A stretch of 64,000 nt of DNA from NCBI GenBank assembly GCA_050084985.1, contig JBITNC010000002.1, forward strand, positions 28,148,001-28,212,000. The letters are read 5' to 3'. This stretch comes from Nageia nagi. Taxonomy: Eukaryota; Plantae; Pinophyta. The position numbers and the translations under genes were made by a program. The notes under the pieces were generated by a model. The model worked only from the letters and a program-made list of their open reading frames with translations, was not told where the DNA came from and did not search any database. The first letter of the stretch is position 1, and every line of letters begins with the position of its first letter. This document shows positions 37,960 through 51,506 of the stretch, piece by piece.

Positions 37960-40900
37960 TTCCCGACGAGCCCATAAAGAGGGAACGGTTTCCCACTCCC
38001 TTGAGGCATTCCTAGGAACGTCTAGGCTGTTCCCTATAAACAAAGATCACCCAGAAAACATTCCCCAAGGCGTTCCTAAAACAAGGGATGTCAGGAACGC
38101 CTCCTCCAAGGATGAACACATTCCTATGTAATCTTGGTTATTAGAGTAGTGCAGTGAAAATGTTGCAACCAAGAAAGATATATTGAAGGACTTCAAAGAA
38201 CAAGGCACGACTTCGGAACCGGAAATAACTTGAACGAGACTGGGTTTATAGAATAAAGGAAGACATTTGAAAAACAAAAAAGTAAAGCTTGATAAAAAAT
38301 AAAAATGTTTTGTTGCTACTCCAAGAGACTAGAACCAGCTCTCAGTTATTGAGAGAAATTTAAAAATTAGTTAAAAAAGTAGTAAGAGTACAAAGTAACA
38401 TCCAACCAGTACAGGAGTTAACTACAATTCTGGAACCCATCAGCACTTACATCTTCAGCAATACACGGATGGGGAGAGAATTTCTCATACAAGTTTTACA
38501 TAAATCTGAACACCACACACGTCCACATAGATCCATCATGGGCAATGAAGATCAAGATATTAAACCTGATCTAAGACTGGCTTGAAAAATAAAAATGGAA
38601 ATTGTTTATAATAGGAGACTATAATGTGATATAAGTTGAAAAAAATGATTAAACAAAATAAATGACAGGCTTTCTGAATTATTTGTAAGTAAATATACAC
38701 TAACAATGTTGGACCATTCATTAGCCAATTAAGTAGGAAATCAATGAGGTGATCCACTCCATTTTATATAGCAAATTTAGCACTGTGCCATCTGACTAAT
38801 GGAAGCCCTTGTCCATACTGACAAACTCAGACCATTAATTGGCCAATGCAGTAGGCAAACAACTCCCCTTCAAAAAGGATGTCACATGAATATGAAAACA
38901 TCTTGCTGCAACGTATAAAAATCAAGTGTTTTTGAAATAGCTGAATGAAGAACAGATCAAGAGATATAAGATGCAAGGACTTGTCCGAATTTTCTGATTC
39001 ATCAAAGAAAAGGTGAAGCAGTGGAATCAGAATCTTTAGGAAACTATCAAGAATCTTAAAAAAATGCGAGGAGGTAGTTGTCATTCTAGCTCAAACTATT
39101 TGCAACTAGTTCAGCATCTTCAGGTTCAAGAATTCAGCCTCCATAAAAAAAAAAAAAAAATTGAAAACGATTAAGTTCATCTTCTGAAAACGAAACTACA
39201 AATCAATCTGGATAGCAAAAAGATGACAATATTATTTTTTTCGTAAAATGAGTTCAAAGTCAAGACACAAACAGTATAAAGACTGTAAAAGCCAGACAAT
39301 TAAAGGGTAGACAAATTGACCGATACATAACAAATAACCACCACATTCTTCAAGGATCTCCATTCACAGAGAGACAGAATGTACACAATATCTCTACATG
39401 TGATAATAGCCTATAAGTGTAACGGAACATTTGATGTCAATTATCTATTTATTTCCAATTCTTACACAAGTTTGTGTTTTCCAGTAAGGTTTTCCTTGCC
39501 GGAAGTTAAAGTGCCATCTGACTAGCATAGATCATGACATACCCATCCTTACTAGAAGCCCAACTTTCAAAATACTATTAACAAAATTCCTGAACAGGAA
39601 CATCAATAGGTGAGATTGGAAGAGGCTGTGGAGACAATGCTAGCTTATGCGGCTAACATAGGTAATACCTCAGATAGTGCAATCGAAGCATATGCATTAC
39701 GAATAGGTAAGTGCTTGCCAGAGTTTGAGGACGGCTAAAAAACCTTTAGAAATACAATAATTTTTTGTGAAAAATAAAATTACAAAATGGGAAGTTAAAT
39801 CAAAAGAGTCGGCATGGGGGTACAATAATTTATTTATATCGCTATCAATCAATTAGAATTTATTGCTATTTTCATTTAGAGCAATGGAAAGCTTTGGAGG
39901 CAATATTATAAAATAAAGGGCTATCATAAGTATAGGAGTCTCTTACCACTAATTGCTTGTGTCTGTGCCTCCATAGTGCTATCACATGTCATTTCATAAA
40001 ATACCATAAAGTTATTAGGCCGATTAAATTTAAAGAGAATAAGCAGCTTCTAGATGCCTAATATCAAGGGCAATCTGTAATTTGTGGACCAGTGCCACGT
40101 CAGTCAATGATGAATACCAAATTCAAATCTAAAATTTAACCTAGACTCATCTCATATAGAAGGAATCATTTGTTCATTTGAAACATCTAAGCAATCCAAG
40201 ACAGAACTAACCTTATCTCAAAAGCTCTCTTGTCAAACTAACAGTTTCATCAAAGGCAAGACATATGCCTTGCCTGCTGCAGCATCAGATGGTAAAAATA
40301 ATCAAAGTGCATCATCATCATCTACAGCATTAGTAATCCTAAATCCTTGATCATCATCGTTGTCTATTTCCTTGAGGGTTTAAACACCTTTTTTTGTGAA
40401 AATGATTTTTGTCATCCATTTTATTACGAACTTTGCTTAGCTTGACTAGATTTAGGAGCTTATTGATAGTTTTTTTTATTATACATGTCCATTTGTGTAT
40501 TTTCTTTCTATAATTGTTGGAAATATTTATAGAACTCAAGAATGTCAGAGAGTATCATCAGAACATCATAACAATTTCCCTGTTTCAATGCAAGCATTAT
40601 CAAGTACAATTTTTAGGTTATCAATAATCAATTTACATCTTGTGAGCTCCCCCTTGTGGTAGTAGCAGACCATCTAGGTGGTAATAGGATGTGAAGTGAC
40701 CCCACACATCACAGTGCACACTAGATAGGTCTCTCAACATCTTCATCCTTGAACTTAAATTAGATAGGACTGGCACATTTTGTTGCCTTAGGAATACCAT
40801 TTACTGCAGTTCTTCATATTTTGTTTCAATTTAAATGCAAGTAGTTTTTGTGCTACTGCAGTAACACTTGGTACCATATTTGTTTATTTTGTGTGCACCA

Positions 40901-43349
40901 GGTGTTCACTGAAATCCTACAGCGCATTGAAATTTAGATATGGAACGCTATTTTGATCAACAAACTTCTTATCAGATGTCTTAAAATAGCCATTGATAAA
41001 AACATAAGAACCAACATTCAATCCTCCTTCAAATTTTCAAAAAAGGTAGATGACAATTGCATCTGAAGATAGAACATGTGGAGGGCTCTCCAGGGTCTTC
41101 AACACTGAACTTATATAAGAATAGCACTATGAAAGTGTTGTAATGCATAAATGAGTAGAATGCAAAGAGCAAGAAAATCCAACAAAGAGCAAGATGAATC
41201 TGAGATGCAGCATTACAAAACTCTGTAGCCGTCCTGCAAATAGTGGCAGTCTCTAGATACCTGGCTGAGTTACTAGCCAAGATGGAGTTAAATTAAGGTG
41301 AACATATGCATCTATAACAACATAGACTCGGAAGAACATCAACCCATAAATGTGAAATGTATCATTCAATATATTAGTTGTAGATGCCTTGCCCTGATTT
41401 ATGCATTGCCATTGGTGTCTCTTACTTCCTTCACCTTCATTATGAGAAATTGCAAAATTTCAATAAGATATCATTACTACTATAGTGATTGTGAAATCAG
41501 TTCTAAGAAACACTGAAATTCCATAATCAAGAACAAAACTCTTTGAAAGTAGAATGCAAGGCTTGTGAGGCCTCATGATCTTAGTTTGCTGAGTGTGTAA
41601 AATAAAGGCTCATGTTCATTACTGCACATGTACGCATTCATCATTCTATTTATCACCCTATGACAAAGAAGCAAAGGTTTGAAGCAAAGAAATATCAGAA
41701 CAATTCGATTGACATGCTCCCCCATGATAGAGATTCAAGTCTCAAAATGCTAAGGGAAAAGAAAAGTACACCTCCAAACAAAATAAGTTTGAATTGCAAG
41801 AAAGACAATCATCATTAACAAGTTCCATTTTAGCATACCTGGGATTCCACTCAAGGACCAGCCAGTGGCTCAAAGAAGATCTTTCACAAAATTGATCACA
41901 TGCTCAGACTTCAACAAACCATAGCTAACCATGATGACAAATAAACTAGACACCATGGTAGACAAAAAATGTTATCCGAATTATAAAATTTCTCAAGCAT
42001 TCAACCAGAGGCAAATGGACATTCAAGACTTGTGCATGATTCTCATTATTTCTCTCTATAGACTTGGGACTACTAAAGAAAGCCAAAAGTGTATTATGAT
42101 TTCAATGCACGATAGAAATGTGAAAAATTGATCCAATTAATTTATCAAGACAAGCAGTAATATGACAATTGATGGTCAAAATGTTTATGGAAAGAATTGC
42201 TTTTATCAAAAGTTGCAAATTTACAAAAAAAAGGGTTTGATTTCTTCAACATTTGATGTTTTCGACAGACCTTTGATAAGGAGAGGCAACATTCACTAAA
42301 GAAGATATATCGTATTTTTCTTGTAAGGTATATGCTTCTGTCAAGAGACATATTAAGTGTTCAATGTACGAAGGTACAATAACTATAAAGGAAGCAAAAA
42401 ATAATTTTTCATTCATATTGGACAAAAATCTTGTGTCTTGCTGCTCAAGTTCATCTAAGGATTTCCTTAAAATGTTAAGAATTCAACCGTAGATGCCCAA
42501 TAGCATAGTGTGAAGTACTCGAAAGTCAAAATTAAGCCAGTAACAGAAACGAAAATAAATTGAAGCATCAACTTGGGATAGTTGCATAATAGAGAGTCCA
42601 CAACCTGTAGGGTAATTTGTGTCAAATATGCTTGATTTAATCAGAATTTAAGCAGAAGGAAGCATTACTCAATGATTTCAAGGGAATTAACCTGAAAGAA
42701 AACTACATATTTAGTGTGTGGTGGGGCATAATCAGTTACAACATAAGAACTCCAATCAACAGTTAGAATAATCACGGAGCACGATAGAATGTTGCAGACT
42801 ACTAGGAAATTTAAATGAGCTTCATTGAATACTTCATATCAACATGGATACCTGGCAAATTTCGTACTAGTAGTTTCAGACTCCCTCCATATGCTTGTTT
42901 CATTGTGATTAATTGATGCAAACCTATTAACTTACAGCCTAAAACATTTTTTAAATTGCAATCATCTTGTTCGATTTACAAACAATATGATTCCCACCGT
43001 CCCCCAATAATAGAGGAAAGACTATATCGCTCAGCTGCAGAACCTATCTGGACCTAAAGTTGATGATCTTACTAGCAACTATGCTATTCTGAACTGTATA
43101 ATTTATGATGAAAATACTAAAGATCTGCTCAGCTGTTATGGCCTGACCATTCTGAGTTTATTTTAGGAATATTGTGGATTTGGGCTCAAATTATATTTAG
43201 CTCAGTCCTTATTTGGAGTTTTTTTAGAACACAGTTTTAAAACATGTTGCCATCTCCTCTATGCAATTTTTTGCTATTGTTGCATCGATTTCAAAATCGT
43301 TTCACCAAAATTTTATATTTTTTTTGTCACCACGATTCATTATGCATAA

Positions 43350-45030
43350 CCCTGGCTTGGACTTTCTACCAAAGAGGGAAGTCCTCAAAAATTTGATGAG
43401 CTTCTAAAAGGCTTGAACTTTTGGATTACATTCTCTGACACCTTCGGGGATTTGTGTTAGTAAAATTTAGAACCTAGAATTCATGTAGCTTCACAACTTT
43501 CTTGAGCTCTTGAGCACCTTCCCACATGACTAAAGAAAACAAGCCTTCAGGATGCTCTAAATATAGAAAATGTATGCGTCAAAGTAGTAATGAATGCATC
43601 TTCTAAAGCTTTATGTGTCTGTAAGCTATCCATGATCACACTCCAAATGGAACTTTTTGAAACAATTCCTTCCTTTGAGCATTTACTCGCATGAAGGCTT
43701 GCCATTTGCTCTCCTAAAGCAATAATGGAATTGGCAGAATTTCACCAACCTCGCTAGAAAAGATGAGAAGGAAAGAACCAACCCACCTCCTTTTATAGCA
43801 TTCAGGAATGACCTCTAAATTAAATGCCATTCACTCCTCACGAATCTCCACCATCATGACATTGATTTCATTGGGATTTTTTATTCTCCTTTTGGATCAG
43901 CTTGCTCATGTGAGATATAGCTTTAAATAACTATGACATCTAGCGAACTGAACTCGCCCAAGTTGATTATGGATGACATGTTACCTTTAGTTGCTCCGCA
44001 AGCTAAACACATCATCACATGTCTTCTCCAAATGGTTTGAGTTGATATCCTCTTTTAATGCTTGGATTACATGGAATCTTTCATACGAATTTTGGATAGG
44101 AATAAGCCTTACTTCTTTTGGATAGGAATTCTACATTTTTGTTCTTTCTTTCAGTTGCATAGTTAGCCTTCTACACTCTACAAGTGATACAAATACTTGT
44201 GTTTTGGAAATGCTAGTTCGTGTGGCAAGTGATGATTTTGCTTCACTCATTGGCACTTGATTATGCTATGATGCATAAATCAAAGTAGAAGGATGAGGAA
44301 TTGTAAACATCCCTTCTTGCCTATTCTCATCATCATACCCATTGCATTTCTGGACATGGTACGAAAATGGCTTCTTTGCATAAATTAAACTTACAAGCAA
44401 CTGGGAAAACTTAAAATTATTTCATCCAATGAGAAACTTCGATCTTGAGTCTTTCATGCAAAAGATTTAGGCATTATATCCCAATGCTGGCTCCTCAAGA
44501 GGCTAGGTGAGCTTATTGACCAAGCCCTGAACTTGAGAATCCCAGATATTCTCTGTTATTTGAAAAGTCGGGATTCAGGGGATGTTTTGCTCACATTGAA
44601 TCCCCAAAAGTGTCAGGTCTTTTAAACACTCCCAGGTTTTTAATCCTCTTTTGAGTACTTCGGCTACTGCCACCATGGACAATTTGGAAGTTCCAACCTT
44701 TTGCTTTTCAGCTTTAGTGATCCGGTTTTAATGAATTTTCCAATTATTGGTAACATTGTATTGGTCCGGACAACTCGAAACTCCATCATTCCTAATCATT
44801 TTGCACTTACTGCTTTTCTTGATAACTTCAGCACTTTGGATTATCAGGTGTTGAAATGGGTTAACAAGCTCCGGATTTTGTTGCGTTTCCTTCCGGGTCT
44901 GGTTTTTGAAGAAGAGTTTGAACTTTCTAAAGGGCCAAGAGCACCAAGGAGGGAAGTACCGCAAAAAGTTGACGAGCTTCAAAGAGGACTGCAATTTCAT
45001 AATTAATTAATTCCTATGCCCAACCTCTTA
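43350..45030 (-). mobile_element. Possible very degenerate LINE fragment
   Basis: Only coding-like composition and weak L1 ORF1-end/endonuclease-region resemblance; no clean motif. Confidence 0.2.
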
Positions 45031-46053
45031 GGAGAGAAGTAAACTTGTATTTGGAAACTATGCTGCTAAACCTACGATATTGTGAAAAAGGAAAATTTGA
45101 AAATAAATCAAAACTTTATTTCAAAATTCCACATAAATGACAACAAGAAATTCAAAAAAGTTGTTTAAAATTTGATGAGATGGAACTCGTTATTATTCAG
45201 GTTCACCATCAACATATCTAACCACGTTATGAATCATCCAACTAGATTTTGGTATATAGATACAACATTTCTCAAAAGTAATAACAAAAGTTGCAACAAA
45301 CTTGGTTTGAAGCAACAAATGGAAATTATTTCAACTTGATTTGTTGAGAAAGAGAGGTCAGTCCAGCAGAACTTTGAACACTCAAATTCCAGATAAAAAA
45401 CTTAACGCATAGACCAAGAGAAGGTTAAAAGTAAAACAAATATTAGAGACAAATAGGTTAATCAATTACTCCAGAATTGTAAGAATTTCAACATGTAATA
45501 TTCTGTGACTAGAAGAGACAAGTTAATCCTTCAAATGCCTCTACAGTATCCTTCTAATGCCTTTGAACTGTATATTATTTTATTGAGGCAGATGGAGATA
45601 AAATAGACTATTTTGTGTGACATAACATTTGCAAATGCAATTAATGTCAGATCTTTTGATTTCTACTAAAGTTGATAAGTTACCAATTTAAACTTCAAGA
45701 AAAGCAATTGTAAAACTTACAATTATACCAATAAGCTGGAGAAAACAAAACTAGTTGATATATTGTAAGGTACAGAGAATTTTCGGACAACAATTACATT
45801 AACAGTTCAAAATTGTATTTACACAAACACAACTGTGTTTCACTATATACATTACAAAATCTGTTGTAGAAGACAGTAGAGATTATTTTCATAAAGCTAG
45901 CCATGTCATGTTTGTTCAATGTGCCATGTACTCGTATGACTTGATTGTACAAACATACAAGTGAGAGTACACAAAGAGTATACTTTTTTCTGCACAGCTG
46001 TCGATAGTACTTACCAAAAGGATGCCTCATTTTCAAAACCTGGCATAAGGGTC

Positions 46054-46188
46054 TTTGCTTTAAGGCAGTTGGTGGATGTGGTCCTCCTCTGAAGTGATAC
46101 TGTTATGATGAGATAATGATCTTTGCTTTTTAAGGCAGTTGGTCTATGTGGCCCTCGTCTGAAGCGATATTGTTATGATAAGATAACT
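46054..46188. repeat. About 67-bp tandem duplication downstream of the F-box gene
   Basis: CTTTGCTTTAAGGCAGTTGGT...TGTTATGATGAGATAA occurs twice with a few mismatches. Confidence 0.8.
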
Positions 46189-46410
46189 CGTTTCTTGCAG
46201 AATGTGGCCTTGACCATGGTATTGATATGATGAAGGGGCTGGCTTCTCAGCTATCTCAGGAAAAATAGAAGCGTAGAGGGAAAGTATCATGCCTTCAAGT
46301 CATTAGCTAATAAGTTAATTCGGCTAATAAAAAGTTAAAAATGAAATGCACTTCCATTGCCATCCTTATCAGGAAAAAGTCATGTTAACTGAGTTACATC
46401 TTAAACTTTG

Positions 46411-47550
46411 TTATACATGTGCATCAAGACGAGGCTCCACTGCAAGGCCAAAACAGCTTGCTCTGAATCTCCTACGGCCAAGAAAGCAGGGAGGCAGTTC
46501 CCACCATAACTTCTCCGAAAGATCATACATTAGTATGACAGAATGGTAGTTCTTGTAAAAGCAAAGCTTGCCTCCAAGACCCACAGTCCAAAAACAACTA
46601 AGCTTACCATGATTGAATTTGCTGAAGAGATGATTTGGCATATCGCACACCATAAGCCACTGCTTCGCAGCCTCATCAAGCTTCCAGATACTGATCCCAT
46701 TCAAGATTCCATGCTTCTTCACACCCCCAACAAGAACTAAGGAACTTTGATGCGCCAGCAACTGGGGACACACAAGAGGCGGCATGGTGACCTCAAGAAA
46801 ATGCCAAGTTCCAGCATCCATATCAAACACTAATAAACTATCAGAATATTTCAAACAGAACAGAAACCCATTGAGATAAGCAGCATTCTCCACCATGCCA
46901 AACCTCCCTTGAAAACTTCCACTTAGCTTCCACGAATTAGCCCTAGAAAAACTTCCACTTATCTTCCACGAATTAGCCCCAGAATCATACACCTGAGACC
47001 TGATTGCCTCGCCTGTGCTGGCACACAATATCTTATAATGATTTTCCAACATCACCATAGCAACAACAGAGAGGGGATAACAATTATTCATCGGGAGCAT
47101 GGGGGGCAGAACCCTGTGGGTTTTAGTGAAGAAATTACAAACTACAAGGGACCCTTTTCTGTTCTCAGCGAGAACAAGACCTCCACTTGAGACCACACCC
47201 CTCTTGAGCTCAGAACAGGCCTCAGAACAGGGGCATGATGAGGACGATACCTTGGACAGGGGAATTAAAGACCAGATGTTATCTAAGGGATCATACGCAG
47301 CAACCACATTTCCACGACTGTAGTCGGCAAAGAGAAGAAAGAATATGTCCTGCCGAGGTACCTTTTTGTAGACAGCCATGAACGAGTCCATGTGCAGCAT
47401 TGAATTCCAGGACTTGCAGACAGATGACATTCTAAAAAGGCTTAAAATCGGCAACCTGGCCAAGATATTTTCCCATAAATGATTTGGAAGCTCAACTGCT
47501 CTATTATGTGGGCATTTTCCTTCACTCTCATCTTGGGCAATTTCTTCCAT
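46411..47550 (-). CDS. F-box protein with kelch-like beta-propeller C-terminus (At5g15710/UFO-related class), 379 aa
   Basis: F-box LPNHLWENILARLPILSLFRMSSVCKSWNSML; VCNFFTKTHRVLPPM, SQVYDSGANSW, C-terminal AVEPRL. Uninterrupted ORF. First ATG at 47550 lies just after acceptor-like CAGs (the track's 47583 start is TTG). Confidence 0.9.
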   Translation of the reverse strand: MEEIAQDESEGKCPHNRAVELPNHLWENILARLPILSLFRMSSVCKSWNSMLHMDSFMAVYKKVPRQDIFFLLFADYSRGNVVAAYDPLDNIWSLIPLSKVSSSSCPCSEACSELKRGVVSSGGLVLAENRKGSLVVCNFFTKTHRVLPPMLPMNNCYPLSVVAMVMLENHYKILCASTGEAIRSQVYDSGANSWKISGSFSRANSWKLSGSFQGRFGMVENAAYLNGFLFCLKYSDSLLVFDMDAGTWHFLEVTMPPLVCPQLLAHQSSLVLVGGVKKHGILNGISIWKLDEAAKQWLMVCDMPNHLFSKFNHGKLSCFWTVGLGGKLCFYKNYHSVILMYDLSEKLWWELPPCFLGRRRFRASCFGLAVEPRLDAHV

Positions 47551-48940
47551 TCCAGATCCTGAATAATACTGTCTCGGATTCAAACAATCAAAACTATCAG
47601 AAATCTAAACCCAAAACCAGACAGATTTCAAAACAACAACAGAAATGAGAAATATGGGGTCAAGATGTATGCATGGATTAGCCCCGAAACTGCTAGTAGA
47701 TTTCAAAACATAGAAATTTGGTGCACTTGGATGTTCAAATGTGAGGAATTTCGGGAACATAAACTTGCTGAATACACATTCGGTACTCAAAAAACGCTAT
47801 TGGGTATTTACATATGAGTAAATTCTCTGGTGGGTAGGGATCATGGGCAATGGGCGTTCAATAAAAATAATTCTCTGTTTACAAATGTTGGAATTCACAG
47901 AGACAAACATTTTGTACTGTAAACCCAGAAGGCAGTCTATTCAGTTTAAGTGCAAGGAATAAGCGTTTTTAGATTTCGAATTCTGATGGGCATAAGGCAA
48001 TTTGGGTGCTCAATGATGGACATATGATCATTCTGAAGTTGTGCAGATCTGAGCATCAGAGAATATGCTTTGTAATTCTGCAGAGGCTCGAAGGTGACAG
48101 TCTGTAATGGATTTGTTTACTACTACGTTTATTGTATTCTATGAAACTTGGAAGAATCTAGGTGTTGTTGGTAATGTACATCAATGGCTAGGCTAATAAG
48201 AAATTATTTTTTGTTAATTGCAGGATAGAATTATGCCTTTTCAATCTCTCATGGAGTGTAATGCTATAGAATATCAGATTACAAAAATCTCCAATCATTC
48301 TAAGGACGGAAAGTATAGTCAATTGGGAACACTGCACTAATGAGACAAAGGCCACGGAACATAATGGGTTTTTGTTATGTTGTTTATAGATAGATAATCT
48401 TATAACGTTTTTTTTTAAATCTTTGGGTTTGTAAGATTTAGGAAAGTTTGTTTAAAGTAAATATATACACACACGCATTCAATTTATGGATTGGAATTTA
48501 GGATTTATTGGTGATCATTGTAGTTGTCTTGAGATTCAATCATTGCATTGCTCATCAATTACATATTCGAATGAAAAGTAAATATTTAATGTTTTTAAAT
48601 TTATTGGATTTTAGAATCTATCAAGAGTTTTTTAAATATTATCAATGTAAGGAATGAAAGTGGAACTTGGGATCTTACGTGTATCTTGAAACCTTATTTC
48701 TTTCAATTTCCTTAACAAGAGATGATACTCTTGTATTTGTATTATGTAAAAGTTGTTCATATTTATCATAGTAATGATAAAAGTATGTAAATGTAAAGAT
48801 AAAAATAAGGAAAAGTGTTAAAGAGTGAGAGATGGTATTTATTTGGGTACTTTTGTTTGATTTTAACTTTTGTTTTTTAATTCATGATATTTTCTCAAAT
48901 TTTATGTTGATATAAACCTTAAAATAAAAAGAAGATATTA

Positions 48941-49163
48941 GCCCACAAAGCTTGGCTTTTTCTTGGAGACGTTCAGTTTGAGCATGGAGACTCAGGTTCA
49001 AGTTTCGAGGGCTCATAGTTTTGGTAATGTGTCGAGCCAACATTATCAGTTATGTTAAAAAGATTTACCTTTAGCACAATTAGAGGTTATAGACGTGGTA
49101 GGAGTTGAACTCAAGATGAGTTGTAAAGAGGTACCGATTCCTCTAGTATAAAATAAAATAAAA
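48941..49163 (+). mobile_element. tRNA-derived SINE with A-rich tail and TSD
   Basis: B-box-like GGTTCAAGTTTC near 48995; tail ATAAAATAAAATAAAA; direct repeats AAGATATTAG at 48932-41 and 49164-73. Confidence 0.6.
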
Positions 49164-49199
49164 AAGATATTAGAGTCATTTATGTTGGTAGGTTTTGAT

Positions 49200-50000
49200 G
49201 GATTAATGTTGATGCATGTAATCCTTAATGAGTGATCAAATCCTAGATCATATATCTAGGTAATTAAAATGAAGATTGCAAAAACAAAATGTATTTTATA
49301 AAACATTTGGCATGGTATAAGAGGGATTTAAAGCTCTAGAATTGTTATAGCATATATACTTGTTATTTTGAAAAATGATATGATGGTCTTCTAATAAGAA
49401 TTTGGATTCTTTGCAGTTGCAAAAAATTATTATGATAGTCTCAAGTATCATTGAAATAATTTCATAAATTTGACTTACTTGGTTATGAATTTTATGACTT
49501 TTGAATAAGACAATAGAGAGACAATTTATGTGCATTGAATAGTTAATAGGAGTTCAATGTATATATTAGAGTTGTTGACAAGATAACAAGATGATAAGAA
49601 TGGAGAATAAGGGCTCTTCCATTGCATGATCATCTGTCATTCTTCCATATGCTTTGTGTTCAAATGAGATGTCTTTTATAGCCTTCTCATGTAAAAGAGA
49701 TTGAAAAAATATAAACATTCCTATAAGCGAGTCATCTTATTGATCAAGATATTTTAACACTATATATAAGACTTAGCAAGTCATATGAAATGATAAAAAG
49801 AGACCAATTTAGCTACGTTAAACAACTAAAAATATAGTGAAAATATTGTTTTTGTGCCTACATTTTATCCCTATTGAAATTTGAACAAGGCATGGAACAC
49901 TTATTCATGTTTCTAATAAGTAAAGAAATTACATGAATCCTTATTTAGTAAACCTTATCAATATATAAAAGTGCAAACTGATTTTTCAAATGATGTTGTA
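49200..50000 (-). mobile_element. Probable Tat/Ogre-like 3' LTR plus PPT remnant
   Basis: Minus strand ATAGGGATAAAA|TGTAGGCACAAAA junction at about 49862. Boundaries approximate. Confidence 0.3.
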
Positions 50001-51506
50001 AACATGATCAAGAATGACATAGCATAAACTTACCCTAAATCTTTAGGCTTAAAAAATAGAAAATGTTGATAAGGGTATGATATGATCATGATAAGATGCT
50101 CAAGCAAGTGTAAAAACTTAACTAAAAATGATATTAAGATGGAAAATATTATAATATTCCCATATGATTCTTAAATATCATTTCAAATGACACCTACAAA
50201 AGACTTATCCAAAAGGTTAAAGCTTAAAAATCACTATAACATCATTTGAAAAGCTTTATAATGTTCATAAGAAGATACTCTTTAAAAAATAAATGTTATA
50301 TATATATTATGATGTTTAGAGATTTTTTTTATCAAAAATGTGTACATGTTATCCTTCTTTTGTAGTATGTAAGATAAACTTGTAGAGTAAATACATAACT
50401 CAAAAGGAAGATAAATAATGCAATAAATTGAAATATGAAAGATATAGGATTTAGTCATAATATATGTTTAGATGAATAATATTCAACAGATTTAGGAGAA
50501 TATTACCTTCAAGGGTTGTTGGCCTACATGTCTTATAACTAACTTTTTTATGATTATATATGAACTAAGCCATGCTTCAAGCTTACTATTTTGTATCTTG
50601 TTTGTGTTGGAGTTTTTTTTGGCAAATTACTAAAACAACCTTGACAAATGACTTATTTACTAAAATTACCCTCACAAATTTATATTTACAAAAATATCCC
50701 TATGGTTTTTATTTCATTTAGCCATCACTAGTACATCCCACCACCAAGTCCCCCCTCCCCCTCCAAACTTTTCTCACCACCACAAGCCTAGCGAATCTTA
50801 CTTCTGCTCCATGGTATTTAATACTTAAAGAACTTGAATCATTCAAAATCGGGCAATTGAAGTCCTTTATTTGCATGCTTGAAATCCAGGTGAATATAAG
50901 AAAATGGCTTCTAGTGCCTTCTTGTCTACCAAGCTTAACTGTAATGCTTTGTTCATGGCTTCTTAGTGTGTTTTGAGTTGTAACCAATGAGGATGAATTG
51001 GATATGTTTGAAGAAGAAACAAAATACCTCTCACAAAAAAGTTGTTGTGATGTATTATGAATTCAAAGCAAGATTAATAAAGAATATGATGTGTTTGTTA
51101 CCTCCCATGTAATGATAGCAATCATAAATGTATTCATTGCTTTGATCTATCTCTCCTCCTAACTACATCATAATCTTTCATGCACTATGTCTCTCCTTCA
51201 TGTCATCTATGTTACCACTCAAAATCCCTACGAAATCAAACTTAATCATGATGTAAAGGAGTCAAGGATCACCAACAAGTTTTTAAAAGCTTATAATGAA
51301 TAGGCCTTAGAGACTCTTATTGTGAGCTTTCCACATACACAAGCAAACATTCTTGGTGTGTTGGTCATGCAACGAGGTTTAGTCTAGTTTTTTTTCCAAG
51401 ATTATGATATGTTTCATATGGTTGCAAGTATCTCTTTTATGCAACTAAAATTGTAGCTTCAATTATAGGGTACGATCATCTAAGGATAATAAGGTAACTG
51501 AGAACA

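Larger units (their letters stand above)
32964..38136. mobile_element. Outer non-autonomous hAT-like element, split by an inner hAT
   Basis: Imperfect TIRs CAAGGTATCATAGGAAATGT / ACATTCCTATGTAATCTTG. GGGAACG/CGTTCC subterminal motifs at both ends, continuing across the inner insertion. No TSD recognised. Confidence 0.55.

Noticed and set aside
47551-47583. ORF-track start of the F-box protein
   Set aside because: It is TTG in intron-like sequence; the first ATG is at 47550.
50621-51506. Possible Mutator-like TIR end
   Set aside because: Motifs are suggestive but no partner TIR, TSD or transposase motif was found.
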